The notes under the pieces were generated by a model. That model did not search any database and was not told where the DNA came from. It saw only the letters and a program-made list of their open reading frames with translations. From Methanoculleus sp. SDB (GTDB lineage: Archaea > Halobacteriota > Methanomicrobia > Methanomicrobiales > Methanomicrobiaceae), in contig LKUD01000033.1 in assembly GCA_001412355.1 (NCBI GenBank), positions 39,179 to 63,178 of the forward strand: DNA of 24,000 bases, written 5' to 3'. The translations under genes were made by a program, and so were the position numbers. This document shows positions 9,145-16,846 of the stretch, piece by piece. Each line of letters begins with the position of its first letter. Within the stretch, counting starts at the first letter, position 1.

Positions 9145-9295
9145 TCCGCGACATCCTCCCGGCGCACACCGGCGGGTGTAAAAAAACAGACCGGGCTGTG
9201 CGGCGGATATGTAAATTACTGTTGTCGGGGGAGTATCTTGAATATTCTGTTCGGGGACTGTGGAGAACGGAGCGAGCCTACCCCGCACGCACGGC

Positions 9296-9808
9296 TCAGA
9301 AAAACTTTCTGAACCTCTCCCCCGTCGCATGGCAGATCGGGCAGTGTTCGGGAGGAGCGTTCCGTGCGCAGATGTACCCGCAGACCGGGCAGCGCAGGAC
9401 GGGGTATGCGAGTTTCCGGGGCACATCAGTCTCCTGCGGGCGAACGAATCCGGACCGTTCTGATGCTGCAGGCCGCCGTTCCGGAATGGGGGCCGCTTCG
9501 GCACGACCCTCAGCAATCATGTCGGAGACATACAGGGCACAGTAACACGATCCGTATTCGGCAAGATCGGGATCACGATAATCGCAGGGACAGACGATAT
9601 CCAGATCGTCCTCCCTCTTTCCTGCCGCACGCCGGCAGGGGCACGCCTGATACCCGTATCGTTTCTCATTTGCTATCAGGCCCCGGACAAGATGGCGGGT
9701 AACGGACATATCGGGATTCAGGTGGTACCCGGAATGTTCAGCCTCGTTCCGGAGACGCGCCACACGCGCCGAAATTTCATCCTCACTGACGTCAGGCAGT
9801 TTCTTCAT
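9296..9808 (-). CDS. Ferredoxin:thioredoxin-reductase catalytic-subunit-like protein fused to a C-terminal rubredoxin-like domain
   Basis: The FTR-type Cys pattern is CPCR...x16...CPCDYR...CYCALY. The C-terminal CPVCGY...CPIC is a rubredoxin-like knuckle pair. The start ATG overlaps the upstream glutaredoxin-like stop (ATGA at 9806-9810). Confidence 0.85.
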   Translation of the reverse strand: MKKLPDVSEDEISARVARLRNEAEHSGYHLNPDMSVTRHLVRGLIANEKRYGYQACPCRRAAGKREDDLDIVCPCDYRDPDLAEYGSCYCALYVSDMIAEGRAEAAPIPERRPAASERSGFVRPQETDVPRKLAYPVLRCPVCGYICARNAPPEHCPICHATGERFRKFF

Positions 9809-10083
9809 CAGGCAAGCGCCTCCCGTATCTGGTCTTCATGAAAACCCACGATTACCCTGTCGCCGATGCGAATCACCGGAAACGACCCGCGGGGGTTGTA
9901 CCGGGTGACGTCATCAAGCACCTCTTTCATCTCATCGTCCTCCAGCAGATCGACGTATATATAGGAGAAGGCGACCCCGAGCTCGCCGAGGAGTTCTTTC
10001 GTTTTCCGGCACCACTGGCACGTGCTCAGGGCGTAGAGGATGATGTTACCCCGGTCGATCCCCTCAACCCGTTCGAATTCCAT
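9808..10083 (-). CDS. Glutaredoxin-like / small thioredoxin-fold protein (CQWC active site)
   Basis: ILYALSTCQWCRKTKELLGELGVAFSYIYVD...SFPVIRIGDRVIVGF is a classic glutaredoxin layout. I placed the start at ATG 10083 (MEFERVEGID); the tracked ORF starts 19 codons further upstream. Confidence 0.8.
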   Translation of the reverse strand: MEFERVEGIDRGNIILYALSTCQWCRKTKELLGELGVAFSYIYVDLLEDDEMKEVLDDVTRYNPRGSFPVIRIGDRVIVGFHEDQIREALA

Positions 10084-10226
10084 GGCGATTACTATCGGGG
10101 CAGAGAATAAGGATTTTTCCGTGGAATGATAGGTGCGCATCCCCCGGATTTAGGGATAGGTAATTATAGAAGGAGCCGAAAGATTCCTTTTCGTATGCTA
10201 CTGCCGCATAACCGCAGCATACCGGG

Positions 10227-10658
10227 ATGATATGCATGAGAATGATACGAGGATTGCTGCTGGTCTGCATCATGATCTCGATGTTCGCTGCCGCAGGATG
10301 CACGAACGGCGAGGAGACGACACCGGCTGCGACAGGCACTCCGGCGGTGACCGCGACACCCTCCCCGTCGCCCGGGCCGGTATTCGAGAAAAATATAATC
10401 GAATTTGAAAAGCGGTACACTCCCGAAGGCACCTGTTACTGGGAAACCCGGATTGAACTCGTGAACACCGGCACCGGGGCGGCAACGAACGTGAAAGTCC
10501 TCGTATCACTGGTCAACGAGGACTCGGGTGCAACGGCCGATTCAGAGAGCGAATTATTTACCCGGTTCAATGCCGGTGAAAGTAAAAGCTTTGTCAAGCG
10601 GTTGAACGGCGAATGCGATCAGGGATACCGGGTGGAAATCGCCATCGACTCTGATTAG
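10227..10658 (+). CDS. Lipoprotein with a Thr/Pro-rich linker and a CARDB-like beta-sandwich domain (hypothetical)
   Basis: The signal plus lipobox is MIRGLLLVCIMISMFAAAGC, followed by the linker TTPAATGTPAVTATPSPSPGP. Next comes IELVNTGTGAATNVKVLVSL, typical of CARDB-type domains. Its stop overlaps the stop of the convergent Mut7-C gene. Confidence 0.6.
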   Translation: MICMRMIRGLLLVCIMISMFAAAGCTNGEETTPAATGTPAVTATPSPSPGPVFEKNIIEFEKRYTPEGTCYWETRIELVNTGTGAATNVKVLVSLVNEDSGATADSESELFTRFNAGESKSFVKRLNGECDQGYRVEIAIDSD

Positions 10659-11173
10659 CTCCGGTCGGGATCCCCGCGGGCATCCGCGGCACACCGGAGC
10701 CGTTTTGCAAGATGTTCGGCATGGGAGCCCATCCAGTAGAGCTTCCGGCAGCGGGGGCACCAGTAAAATTCTTTTCCCTTCTTTTCCTTCGGCGAGTAAG
10801 GCGTATCCGCCACTTCATGGGGCAAGGCCGGCCGGAGAGGCGTGTTGCAGAGCGAACACCGCTGCATCCGGAGGGTCAGAGATTCGGGAAGGATCCTGTT
10901 TCGCATTAACTGCGAGATCTGTTCGATAACGTCCTCGGACTCGATGAGCAGGGCTCCCGGGCCGCCCCGCCGCGCGAGTTCGCGGTCACGGGTTAAGAGA
11001 ATACGTCCGCTTGTCTCCGCAATACCGAGGAGCCGGGTATCCTCGCGCGAATTTCCCCTGCGGATGCTGTTGGCGCTCAGGGTGTCGTACCCGAGAAACC
11101 GGAGATACCGCGTCAGCGTGCCGAGCATCCGGTCGGCAACGAAGCGAACAGGAGGGTTCGTGTCAGCCGACAT
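10655..11173 (-). CDS. Mut7-C (PIN-like) RNase domain protein with a C-terminal zinc ribbon
   Basis: FVADRMLGTLTRYLRFLGYDT...RILLTRDRELARR...RCSLCNTPL...YWCPRCRKLYWMGSHAEH follows the Mut7-C/DUF82 consensus closely. I placed the start at ATG 11173 (MSADTNPP), which overlaps the radical SAM gene's end by 11 nt. Confidence 0.85.
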   Translation of the reverse strand: MSADTNPPVRFVADRMLGTLTRYLRFLGYDTLSANSIRRGNSREDTRLLGIAETSGRILLTRDRELARRGGPGALLIESEDVIEQISQLMRNRILPESLTLRMQRCSLCNTPLRPALPHEVADTPYSPKEKKGKEFYWCPRCRKLYWMGSHAEHLAKRLRCAADARGDPDRS

Positions 11174-12197
11174 GCCTGAGGATTGGTATATTCGCCCCGC
11201 ATCCGGCGCAATTCGTCCCGTCAAGCTGCCGGAAATGCACCGAATATCCCGCCCTTTCGATAAGGAGCTCCCCGCAGTCGGGGCAGTACGTGTGCTCGTA
11301 CGGATGGCTGAAGACATTTCCCATATAGACATACCGCATGCCGATCTCCCGGGCGCGATCGCAGATCTTCTCCAGCAGCTTCACCGGAGTGGCGGGACGA
11401 TCCGTCATCTTGTAATCCGGGTGAAATGCCGTGAAATGCATGGGCGTGTCCGGGCCGAGCGTATCATATGTCCACCTGATAAGGGCATCCGTCTCCTCGG
11501 GGGAGTCATTCAGCCCGGGTATCACGAGAGTCACGGTCTCGATATGCATCCCGAGTTCATGCGCACGGACCGTGGCGTCCAGCACCGGCTGGAGGTGCGC
11601 CCCGCAGATTTTCCGGTAAAACGGGTCTGAAAACGCCTTGATATCCACGCGGAACGCATCAAGCATGGGGGAGAGGGAGGTGAGAGCCTCCTCCGTGATG
11701 TATCCGTTCGTTACATAGACCGTCCCGAGACCCCGCTTGCGTGCGAGTGCGCCCATATCGCTCGTATACTCGTGCCAGATCGTGGGCTCGTTATAGGTCC
11801 ACGCGATGCTGGCACAGCCGTTTGCCAGGGCACGTGTCACACCCTCGTCGGGCTGGAGATCACGAAGCGCGAAATCCTCAAACGAGGCTGCCGAGATGTG
11901 CCAGTTCTGGCAGTGGCGGCAGTGAAAATTGCATCCGACGCTTCCGAGGGAATATGACGTGGTTCCCGGCAGATAATGAAACAGGGGTTTTTTTTCGATC
12001 GGATCGATCGCCTCCGCACTGATCTTTCCGTAGGTCGCTGCATAGAGGATTCCCTGCCGGTTCAACCGGACGCCGCAGATTCCGTGCCCTCCCTCCCGGA
12101 TTGTGCACCGGTGGCTGCACAGCGAGCACTGCACCGTCGTTCCTTCGAGAACCGAATACTGCGTTGCCTCATGCATCGAATCGCGGTCAGACGTCAC
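11163..12197 (-). CDS. AmmeMemoRadiSam-system-type radical SAM enzyme (PflA-like activase fold)
   Basis: The N-terminal CSLCSHRCTIREGGHGICGVR is followed by DPIEKKPLFHYLPGTTSYSLGSVGCNFHCRHCQNWHIS, which contains the CxxxCxxC radical SAM cluster. The tracked start is GTG 12197-12195, overlapping the upstream small ORF's TGA (GTGA). Confidence 0.9.
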   Translation of the reverse strand: MTSDRDSMHEATQYSVLEGTTVQCSLCSHRCTIREGGHGICGVRLNRQGILYAATYGKISAEAIDPIEKKPLFHYLPGTTSYSLGSVGCNFHCRHCQNWHISAASFEDFALRDLQPDEGVTRALANGCASIAWTYNEPTIWHEYTSDMGALARKRGLGTVYVTNGYITEEALTSLSPMLDAFRVDIKAFSDPFYRKICGAHLQPVLDATVRAHELGMHIETVTLVIPGLNDSPEETDALIRWTYDTLGPDTPMHFTAFHPDYKMTDRPATPVKLLEKICDRAREIGMRYVYMGNVFSHPYEHTYCPDCGELLIERAGYSVHFRQLDGTNCAGCGANIPILRHVG

Positions 12198-12373
12198 AAC
12201 GAATCCTCCTCATTCTTTCCCTGTGCGTTCGCACCTCTCTCCTCCGTATCGCGATCGTCCTCAACAACGAGAGCCCCCTCGTATCCGCACTGCTTGCACC
12301 GGTAGAGCATGCCGGTGTACCCGCCCGCAACGAGATACATTTCAGTGCTCCCGCACACAGGACAGCAGATCAT
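12194..12373 (-). CDS. 59-aa zinc-ribbon protein (below the ORF-track cutoff)
   Basis: My hand translation is MICCPVCGSTEMYLVAGGYTGMLYRCKQCGYEGALVVEDDRDTEERGANAQGKNEEDSL*. It has CPVC...CKQC knuckles and an acidic tail. The stop TGA (12196-12194) overlaps the GTG start of the radical SAM gene. Confidence 0.5.
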   Translation of the reverse strand: MICCPVCGSTEMYLVAGGYTGMLYRCKQCGYEGALVVEDDRDTEERGANAQGKNEEDSL

Positions 12374-12436
12374 ATGAGTGTCTGAATGAAAGCAACCGAC
12401 AAAAAAGTATCTTTCCGGGGTGGTCGCCGCCGCGCC

Positions 12437-14086
12437 TTACGGCGTCTCGAGTTCGCGGAACCGGAAAACCACACGCCAGTCCTGCTGTTCGCGAAGCGTG
12501 ACCTCATCGGCGGCCTCCAGCGCTTCCACGAGCGATCCGATTGTGCGGACCCGTTTGATCTGCAGGCCGATAATCGAGAGATGGCGGACCATATGCGCAT
12601 ATCGTTCGGAATTACGGAGATATTCGCGTTTAATCCTGATTGCGCCAAGTGCGGCCGCCACTGCAGGGAAGATGATCGTCAGCACGGCAAGGAGAGAGGA
12701 CGTGTCACCGTGGCCGACGGCCCAGATATGATCAAGGCCGTAGGCATGCATCGCCGCAAAAACAAGCGTCAGGGTAAAGAGCGTATTTCCTGCCTGCGAC
12801 AGAATTTCATGCCTCTGGCGGTTCCATCCGCTCATCGTCGTATAACTGGAAATCTGGTCGTCGATCCATGCGGAGATGATGAAATTTTTCAGCTCCTCAA
12901 ACGGCGGGGTGAGCTCGCAGTACAGCTGAGGTCGCGTCTCGAGGATCCGCGTGAACGCCGCTTCGATCCAGTCGTTCGGAGTATGGGAAAGCATCGGTTT
13001 CATGGCAGGATCCGGCGTTTCCGCCCGCACGCAGAAGAGCGAGAGGAAAAGAGCAGTCCTGAGCCTTTCGGAGAGGAACCGGTAATCCATCCATTTCCGG
13101 TGCCAGTCACCGAGACGGGACGCAATGAGAAGCACGAGAACCGTACCCATCTCCGCCACTTCGATCCAGAGTAGCTCTAAAAAATCGGGAAAGAAGAGTG
13201 TCTGGATTGCTACAGTCGCAACCGCCGCCGCTGCAAGTGCGTACACGAGCGAGCCGGCACGCATATATCTCCGTTCATACCGCTTCGTCAGGAGAACGGT
13301 GCGGGAAAAATGCGGAAGGAGTGTTTCGGCAAGGGGACGGATAACCACAGGATCCAACCCGAATATTCTGGCTTTTTCGGTAAACCTGCCGTAGATATCC
13401 CTGCACAGGCCTGTGATCTCTCCCCCGCCTACGGTTTCTCCGTTAAAGCTGTTCAGATACTCGAACGATTCGAGGATTCCATCACCATGGCGCTCTTCCA
13501 TGACCTTACCGGTCGTCAGATCGATCCAGAAGAGTGTCCGGCCGACCATGCGGGCATACTTGACCATGTCTGCCGTACCGCCGGGGATGCGGGCAGGTTT
13601 TCCATCCCAGATAGCGACGAGCACATCGCAGTACCGGACGATTGCATGCCCGACCTCTTCACAGGCACCTCTCCTGTCCGTATCTTCCGGCACCATCACT
13701 TCGACGGAGGAAGCCCGGTCCACGAGTGACCGGCACGCTTCACGCGAAGCATGCGTGGAGCATTCGGCGATATACTCGTCGACTTTCATCGGAAGGAAAA
13801 GCCGCAGTTCGGCGTCGCTCGCCATGCCGCGTCCGGGCCAGGCGAGCACCTCTCCGGAAAGGAGCCGATCGCCGCCCTCCGTAAGAGAGGAGATGGCGGC
13901 ATACCGGTGAGGAGTGTCGCGAAGGATCTGATCAAGGCGCTCCAGAACCTGCCGGATCGCCGCTGCCACCTGCTCTTCATCGGCAAGCGTCCGCTGGCCG
14001 GTGACTCCGATCCTGACCGTCGCCGGAACACGGAACCGGTCTTGTGCAGGACCGGATTTTGCGGATGATGTTTTCATTGCCATCAA
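12437..14086 (-). CDS. Membrane protein: N-terminal LOG/DprA-like (SLOG-type) Rossmann domain fused to two 2-TM SLATT/DUF4231-like modules
   Basis: The 549-aa ORF has N-terminal RIGVTGQRTL..., SSLTEGGDRLL, LFLPM and YCDVLVAIWDGKPARIPGGTADMVKYARMVGRTLFWID, i.e. a Gly-rich nucleotide-loop pattern. Two TM pairs follow (LVYALAAAAVATVAIQTLFF / VAEMGTVLVLLIASRLG and LFTLTLVFAAMHAYGL / LLAVLTIIFPAVAAALGAI). Each pair is flanked by W..YR/Q..Y helices (WMDYRFLSERLR; WIDDQISSYT). The existence of the ORF is solid; the domain naming rests on motif recall only. Confidence 0.6.
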   Translation of the reverse strand: MMAMKTSSAKSGPAQDRFRVPATVRIGVTGQRTLADEEQVAAAIRQVLERLDQILRDTPHRYAAISSLTEGGDRLLSGEVLAWPGRGMASDAELRLFLPMKVDEYIAECSTHASREACRSLVDRASSVEVMVPEDTDRRGACEEVGHAIVRYCDVLVAIWDGKPARIPGGTADMVKYARMVGRTLFWIDLTTGKVMEERHGDGILESFEYLNSFNGETVGGGEITGLCRDIYGRFTEKARIFGLDPVVIRPLAETLLPHFSRTVLLTKRYERRYMRAGSLVYALAAAAVATVAIQTLFFPDFLELLWIEVAEMGTVLVLLIASRLGDWHRKWMDYRFLSERLRTALFLSLFCVRAETPDPAMKPMLSHTPNDWIEAAFTRILETRPQLYCELTPPFEELKNFIISAWIDDQISSYTTMSGWNRQRHEILSQAGNTLFTLTLVFAAMHAYGLDHIWAVGHGDTSSLLAVLTIIFPAVAAALGAIRIKREYLRNSERYAHMVRHLSIIGLQIKRVRTIGSLVEALEAADEVTLREQQDWRVVFRFRELETP

Positions 14087-14103
14087 GGGGAAATTCAGCA
14101 GTT

Positions 14104-14111
14104 CTTATAAG
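14104..14111 (-). promoter_or_regulatory. Candidate TATA box for the SLOG/SLATT gene (near-leaderless spacing)
   Basis: CTTATAAG, a palindromic AT island in GC-rich DNA, lies about 20-30 nt upstream of the three clustered Met codons (14086, 14083, 14077). Confidence 0.3.
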
Positions 14112-14182
14112 CATATCGTTTTCGAGCACCCGCTTCTCCATCTTATAGACATATATGGAAAGGGTGACAATCACTAGGTGAG

Positions 14183-14887
14183 ATGAAAACCATTGTCCTC
14201 TCCCTCGGCGGATCCGTTCTGGTTCCTTCGCTTGAATCAAACAATATCAGCCGGTATGCTTCGGTATTACGGGAAATTGCACAACGATGCCGGTTATACG
14301 TCGTCATCGGTGGCGGCGGGGAGGCACGCCGGTATATCAGCGTTGCACGTTCCCTCGGGATGGACGAGGCGGGTTCGGACGAGCTCGGCATCCAGATCAC
14401 ACGCCTCAATGCGGCGTTGCTCGCAGGAGCGCTCGGTGATAGCGCATACCCGGCAATTCCGGGCAGCTGCCGGGAGGCCAAACGCTTCGGTGAATCGGGT
14501 AAGATCGTCGTAATGGGAGGGGTTGCGCCGGCCCAGACGACCGATGCCGTTTCCGCCGTTCTCGCCGAATGCGTACACGCCGACGTGCTGGTCAACGCCA
14601 CGTCTGTCGACGGCATATACAGCGCCGATCCGAAGACCAATCCTTCGGCCCGGCGCTACGACGCCCTGACGCCCGAGGAGCTGATTGCCATCGTTGCCGG
14701 TGACCGGCTGCATGCCGGATCCAATGCGGTCATCGACATCGTGGCGGCAAAGGTCATTCAGCGGAGTTCGATCCCGCTCGTGGTGCTCGACGGGAGGGAT
14801 CCGGATACCCTGAAAAACGCACTCCTCGGAGTGACGTTTCGGGGCAGCGTTGTCAATCCCGACAAAAGGAATCCGTTGCCGCTCTGA
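14183..14887 (+). CDS. pyrH: UMP kinase, archaeal type
   Basis: Motifs seen are MKTIVLSLGGSVL, VVIGGGGEARRY, VVMGGVAPAQTTDAVSA and ATSVDGIYSADP. An AGGTGA sits just upstream of the ATG. Confidence 0.9.
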   Translation: MKTIVLSLGGSVLVPSLESNNISRYASVLREIAQRCRLYVVIGGGGEARRYISVARSLGMDEAGSDELGIQITRLNAALLAGALGDSAYPAIPGSCREAKRFGESGKIVVMGGVAPAQTTDAVSAVLAECVHADVLVNATSVDGIYSADPKTNPSARRYDALTPEELIAIVAGDRLHAGSNAVIDIVAAKVIQRSSIPLVVLDGRDPDTLKNALLGVTFRGSVVNPDKRNPLPL

Positions 14888-14901
14888 AAATTCCGGTAAC
14901 T

Positions 14902-14909
14902 ATTTTTAT
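14902..14909 (+). promoter_or_regulatory. Candidate TATA box for tRNA-Pro (and possibly nth)
   Basis: ATTTTTAT is centred about 31 nt upstream of the mature tRNA 5' end at 14937. Confidence 0.35.
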
Positions 14910-14936
14910 GCACCGCATCCACAAATACTAGCACCC

Positions 14937-15011
14937 GGGGCAGTAGGGTAGCCTGGTCCATCCTAGAGCGTTTGGGACGCTTTGACGGCAGTTCGAATCT
15001 GCCCTGCCCCA
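14937..15011 (+). tRNA. tRNA-Pro (anticodon UGG), no encoded CCA, no intron
   Basis: I folded this by hand. The acceptor stem is GGGGCAG/CTGCCCC. The D-arm is GGGTAGCCTGGTCCATCCT, the archaeal style. The anticodon stem GAGCG/CGCTT carries the loop TT-TGG-GA (U33, G37). The variable region is 4 nt, the T-arm is GGCAG-TTCGAAT-CTGCC, and the discriminator is A. Confidence 0.85.
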
Positions 15012-15016
15012 TTTTC

Positions 15017-15703
15017 ATGCAGCGGTCCGAAGCCTGCACGGTCTATCGCATTCTCCGGGAGTATTATGGTGTCACCCGCTCTTCAGAGCGCCATTTTCTC
15101 GATTTTAAAAACCCGTTCGAGATTCTTGTCATGACCATCCTCTCCGCACAGACGACGGACCGGACGGTTAACGCCGTAAAGGACACGCTGTTTCACCGGT
15201 ACCCGGATCCCGCCGCACTCGCCCGGGCCGATCCCGCCGAGGTGGAACGGATTATCAGGAGCACCGGGTTTTTCCGGGCCAAGGCGAGGAATATCATACG
15301 GGCGGCAGGTATTCTTGAAAGCCGCCATGGCGGAAACGTCCCGTCCTCAATGGACGAACTCCTTCTCCTGCCCGGAGTGGGAAGGAAGACGGCAAATATC
15401 GTGCTCCACCATGCCTATGACATAACCGCGGGAATTGCCGTCGACACCCATGTAAAGCGCGTTTCCACTCGTCTCGGCTTCACCGAAAAAACAGACCCCG
15501 ACGAGATCGAGAAAGACCTCACAGTCCTTTTTCCCAGAAAGGCATGGAGTGAGATCAATTATCTCTTCATCAGGCACGGGCGCAGTATCTGCGATGCAAA
15601 AAAACCGAGGTGCACGGAATGCCCCGTTTCGGGGCACTGCCGGTACTACCTGTCCGGACGGTCAGGGGATGAGGGACGTATACATGAGATAACAGCCCCA
15701 TGA
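15017..15703 (+). CDS. nth: Endonuclease III (DNA glycosylase/AP lyase)
   Basis: It has FEILVMTILSAQTTD, the HhH-GPD motif LPGVGRKTANIVL, and the C-terminal Fe-S motif CDAKKPRCTECPVSGHC. I placed the start at ATG 15017 (MQRSEA), since the upstream codons of the tracked ORF lie inside the tRNA. Confidence 0.9.
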   Translation: MQRSEACTVYRILREYYGVTRSSERHFLDFKNPFEILVMTILSAQTTDRTVNAVKDTLFHRYPDPAALARADPAEVERIIRSTGFFRAKARNIIRAAGILESRHGGNVPSSMDELLLLPGVGRKTANIVLHHAYDITAGIAVDTHVKRVSTRLGFTEKTDPDEIEKDLTVLFPRKAWSEINYLFIRHGRSICDAKKPRCTECPVSGHCRYYLSGRSGDEGRIHEITAP

Positions 15704-16840
15704 CACCACCGCCGAAGCGGGCAGCGTGATCACCCATGCAGCGACAATTTCACGGACAATCCCCCATTTCACGGCCGAATATCCGCGGGTTGCCCCGACC
15801 CCCATGATCGCCCCGCTCATGGCATGCGTGGTCGAGACCGGGACACCCAGCGCGGTCATCAGCGACAGCACCCCGCCCCCCGCAGTCGAAGCGCAAAATC
15901 CCTGATACGGCCTGATTTTCGTTATCCCCGTTGCCATCTTCTTGACCACCCTCCAGCCGCCGAAGAGCGTGCCGAGTGCGATGGCAAGACAGGAGACCAG
16001 AATTACCCAGAAAGGAACGGAAAAATCGGTGAGAAAACCCCCGGCGACGAGCATTGCCGTAATGACACCCATCGCGTTCTGTGCGTCGTTCGAACCGTGG
16101 CCGATTGCCTGAAAGGATCCCGCGAAAATCTGGAGGGGTTTGAAGGCACGGTTCAGGCGGGCGGGATGGACTTTCCGGAACCATCGCATGATGATAATGC
16201 CGAAAAAGAATGCGGAGAGGAAACCGAGCATTGGGGAGACCACGATAAACACCAGGACGGCGAGGATCCCCTTCACCGTGATAACACCCGGGATGATCAG
16301 CAGCGGCACGATAAGTGACATTCCCGCCAGAAATCCGGTCCCGAGAGTATCCCGGAGCGGGTTTCCCCGGTGAAGATTGAACGCCGTGTATACGGCGGCA
16401 CCCGCCACTCCGCCAATCACCATATACGCGAGCAGCGCCGTGACGGTCCCGATATCGGGCCACAGTATGGAAGCCGCCCCGCCTGCACCGATACCCGCAC
16501 CCACCAGCCCGCCGACGAGCGCATGGCTGCTTGAAACGGGAATCCCGAAATATGACGAGAGAAACACCCAGAGTACGGCACCGATAAGGCCCGTCAGCAG
16601 GAGGTGGGGGGTGAGGAAACCGGGATCGACGATACCCTTTCCGATCGTTGTTGCAATCGCCGTCGAGAAGATAAAAGGCCCGACAAGGTTGAATATCGAG
16701 GCGAGCAGGACGGCACGTAACGGTGAGAGGGCCCGCGTGGCGACGATGGTCGCGATCGAATTAGCCGCATCGTTCAGCCCGTTGACAAAATTGAACAGGA
16801 GGGCGATAAAAATCCCGGCGGCGATGATGACAATCTCCAT
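15662..16840 (-). CDS. Inorganic phosphate transporter, PiT family
   Basis: The duplicated PiT signature is present (NGLNDAANSIAT and GHGSNDAQNAMG). The 392-aa protein has about 10-12 TM helices. Confidence 0.9.
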   Translation of the reverse strand: MEIVIIAAGIFIALLFNFVNGLNDAANSIATIVATRALSPLRAVLLASIFNLVGPFIFSTAIATTIGKGIVDPGFLTPHLLLTGLIGAVLWVFLSSYFGIPVSSSHALVGGLVGAGIGAGGAASILWPDIGTVTALLAYMVIGGVAGAAVYTAFNLHRGNPLRDTLGTGFLAGMSLIVPLLIIPGVITVKGILAVLVFIVVSPMLGFLSAFFFGIIIMRWFRKVHPARLNRAFKPLQIFAGSFQAIGHGSNDAQNAMGVITAMLVAGGFLTDFSVPFWVILVSCLAIALGTLFGGWRVVKKMATGITKIRPYQGFCASTAGGGVLSLMTALGVPVSTTHAMSGAIMGVGATRGYSAVKWGIVREIVAAWVITLPASAVVSWGCYLMYTSLIP

Positions 16841-16846
16841 GGCGGT

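Noticed and set aside
6184-9181. Multiple 60-230-aa plus-strand ORFs inside the HEAT-repeat gene.
   Set aside because: This is the same shadow-ORF effect, giving Ser/Arg/Ala-rich low-complexity translations. The minus-strand frame is continuous and repeat-structured.
9145-9516. The first 124 codons of the tracked 1304-aa ORF, as an N-terminal extension of the HEAT-repeat protein.
   Set aside because: The extension is Arg/Pro/Ser-rich with no HEAT character. It overlaps the FTR-like gene in another frame and crosses an AT-rich gap. ATG 9144 gives a sensible N-terminus.
15662-15703. A 42-bp convergent overlap between the nth and pit 3' ends, which I checked as a possible mis-call.
   Set aside because: Both ORFs carry their conserved motifs well upstream of the overlap, including the nth Fe-S Cys cluster and the last TM of PiT. 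The overlap involves only unconserved tails, so it is unremarkable.
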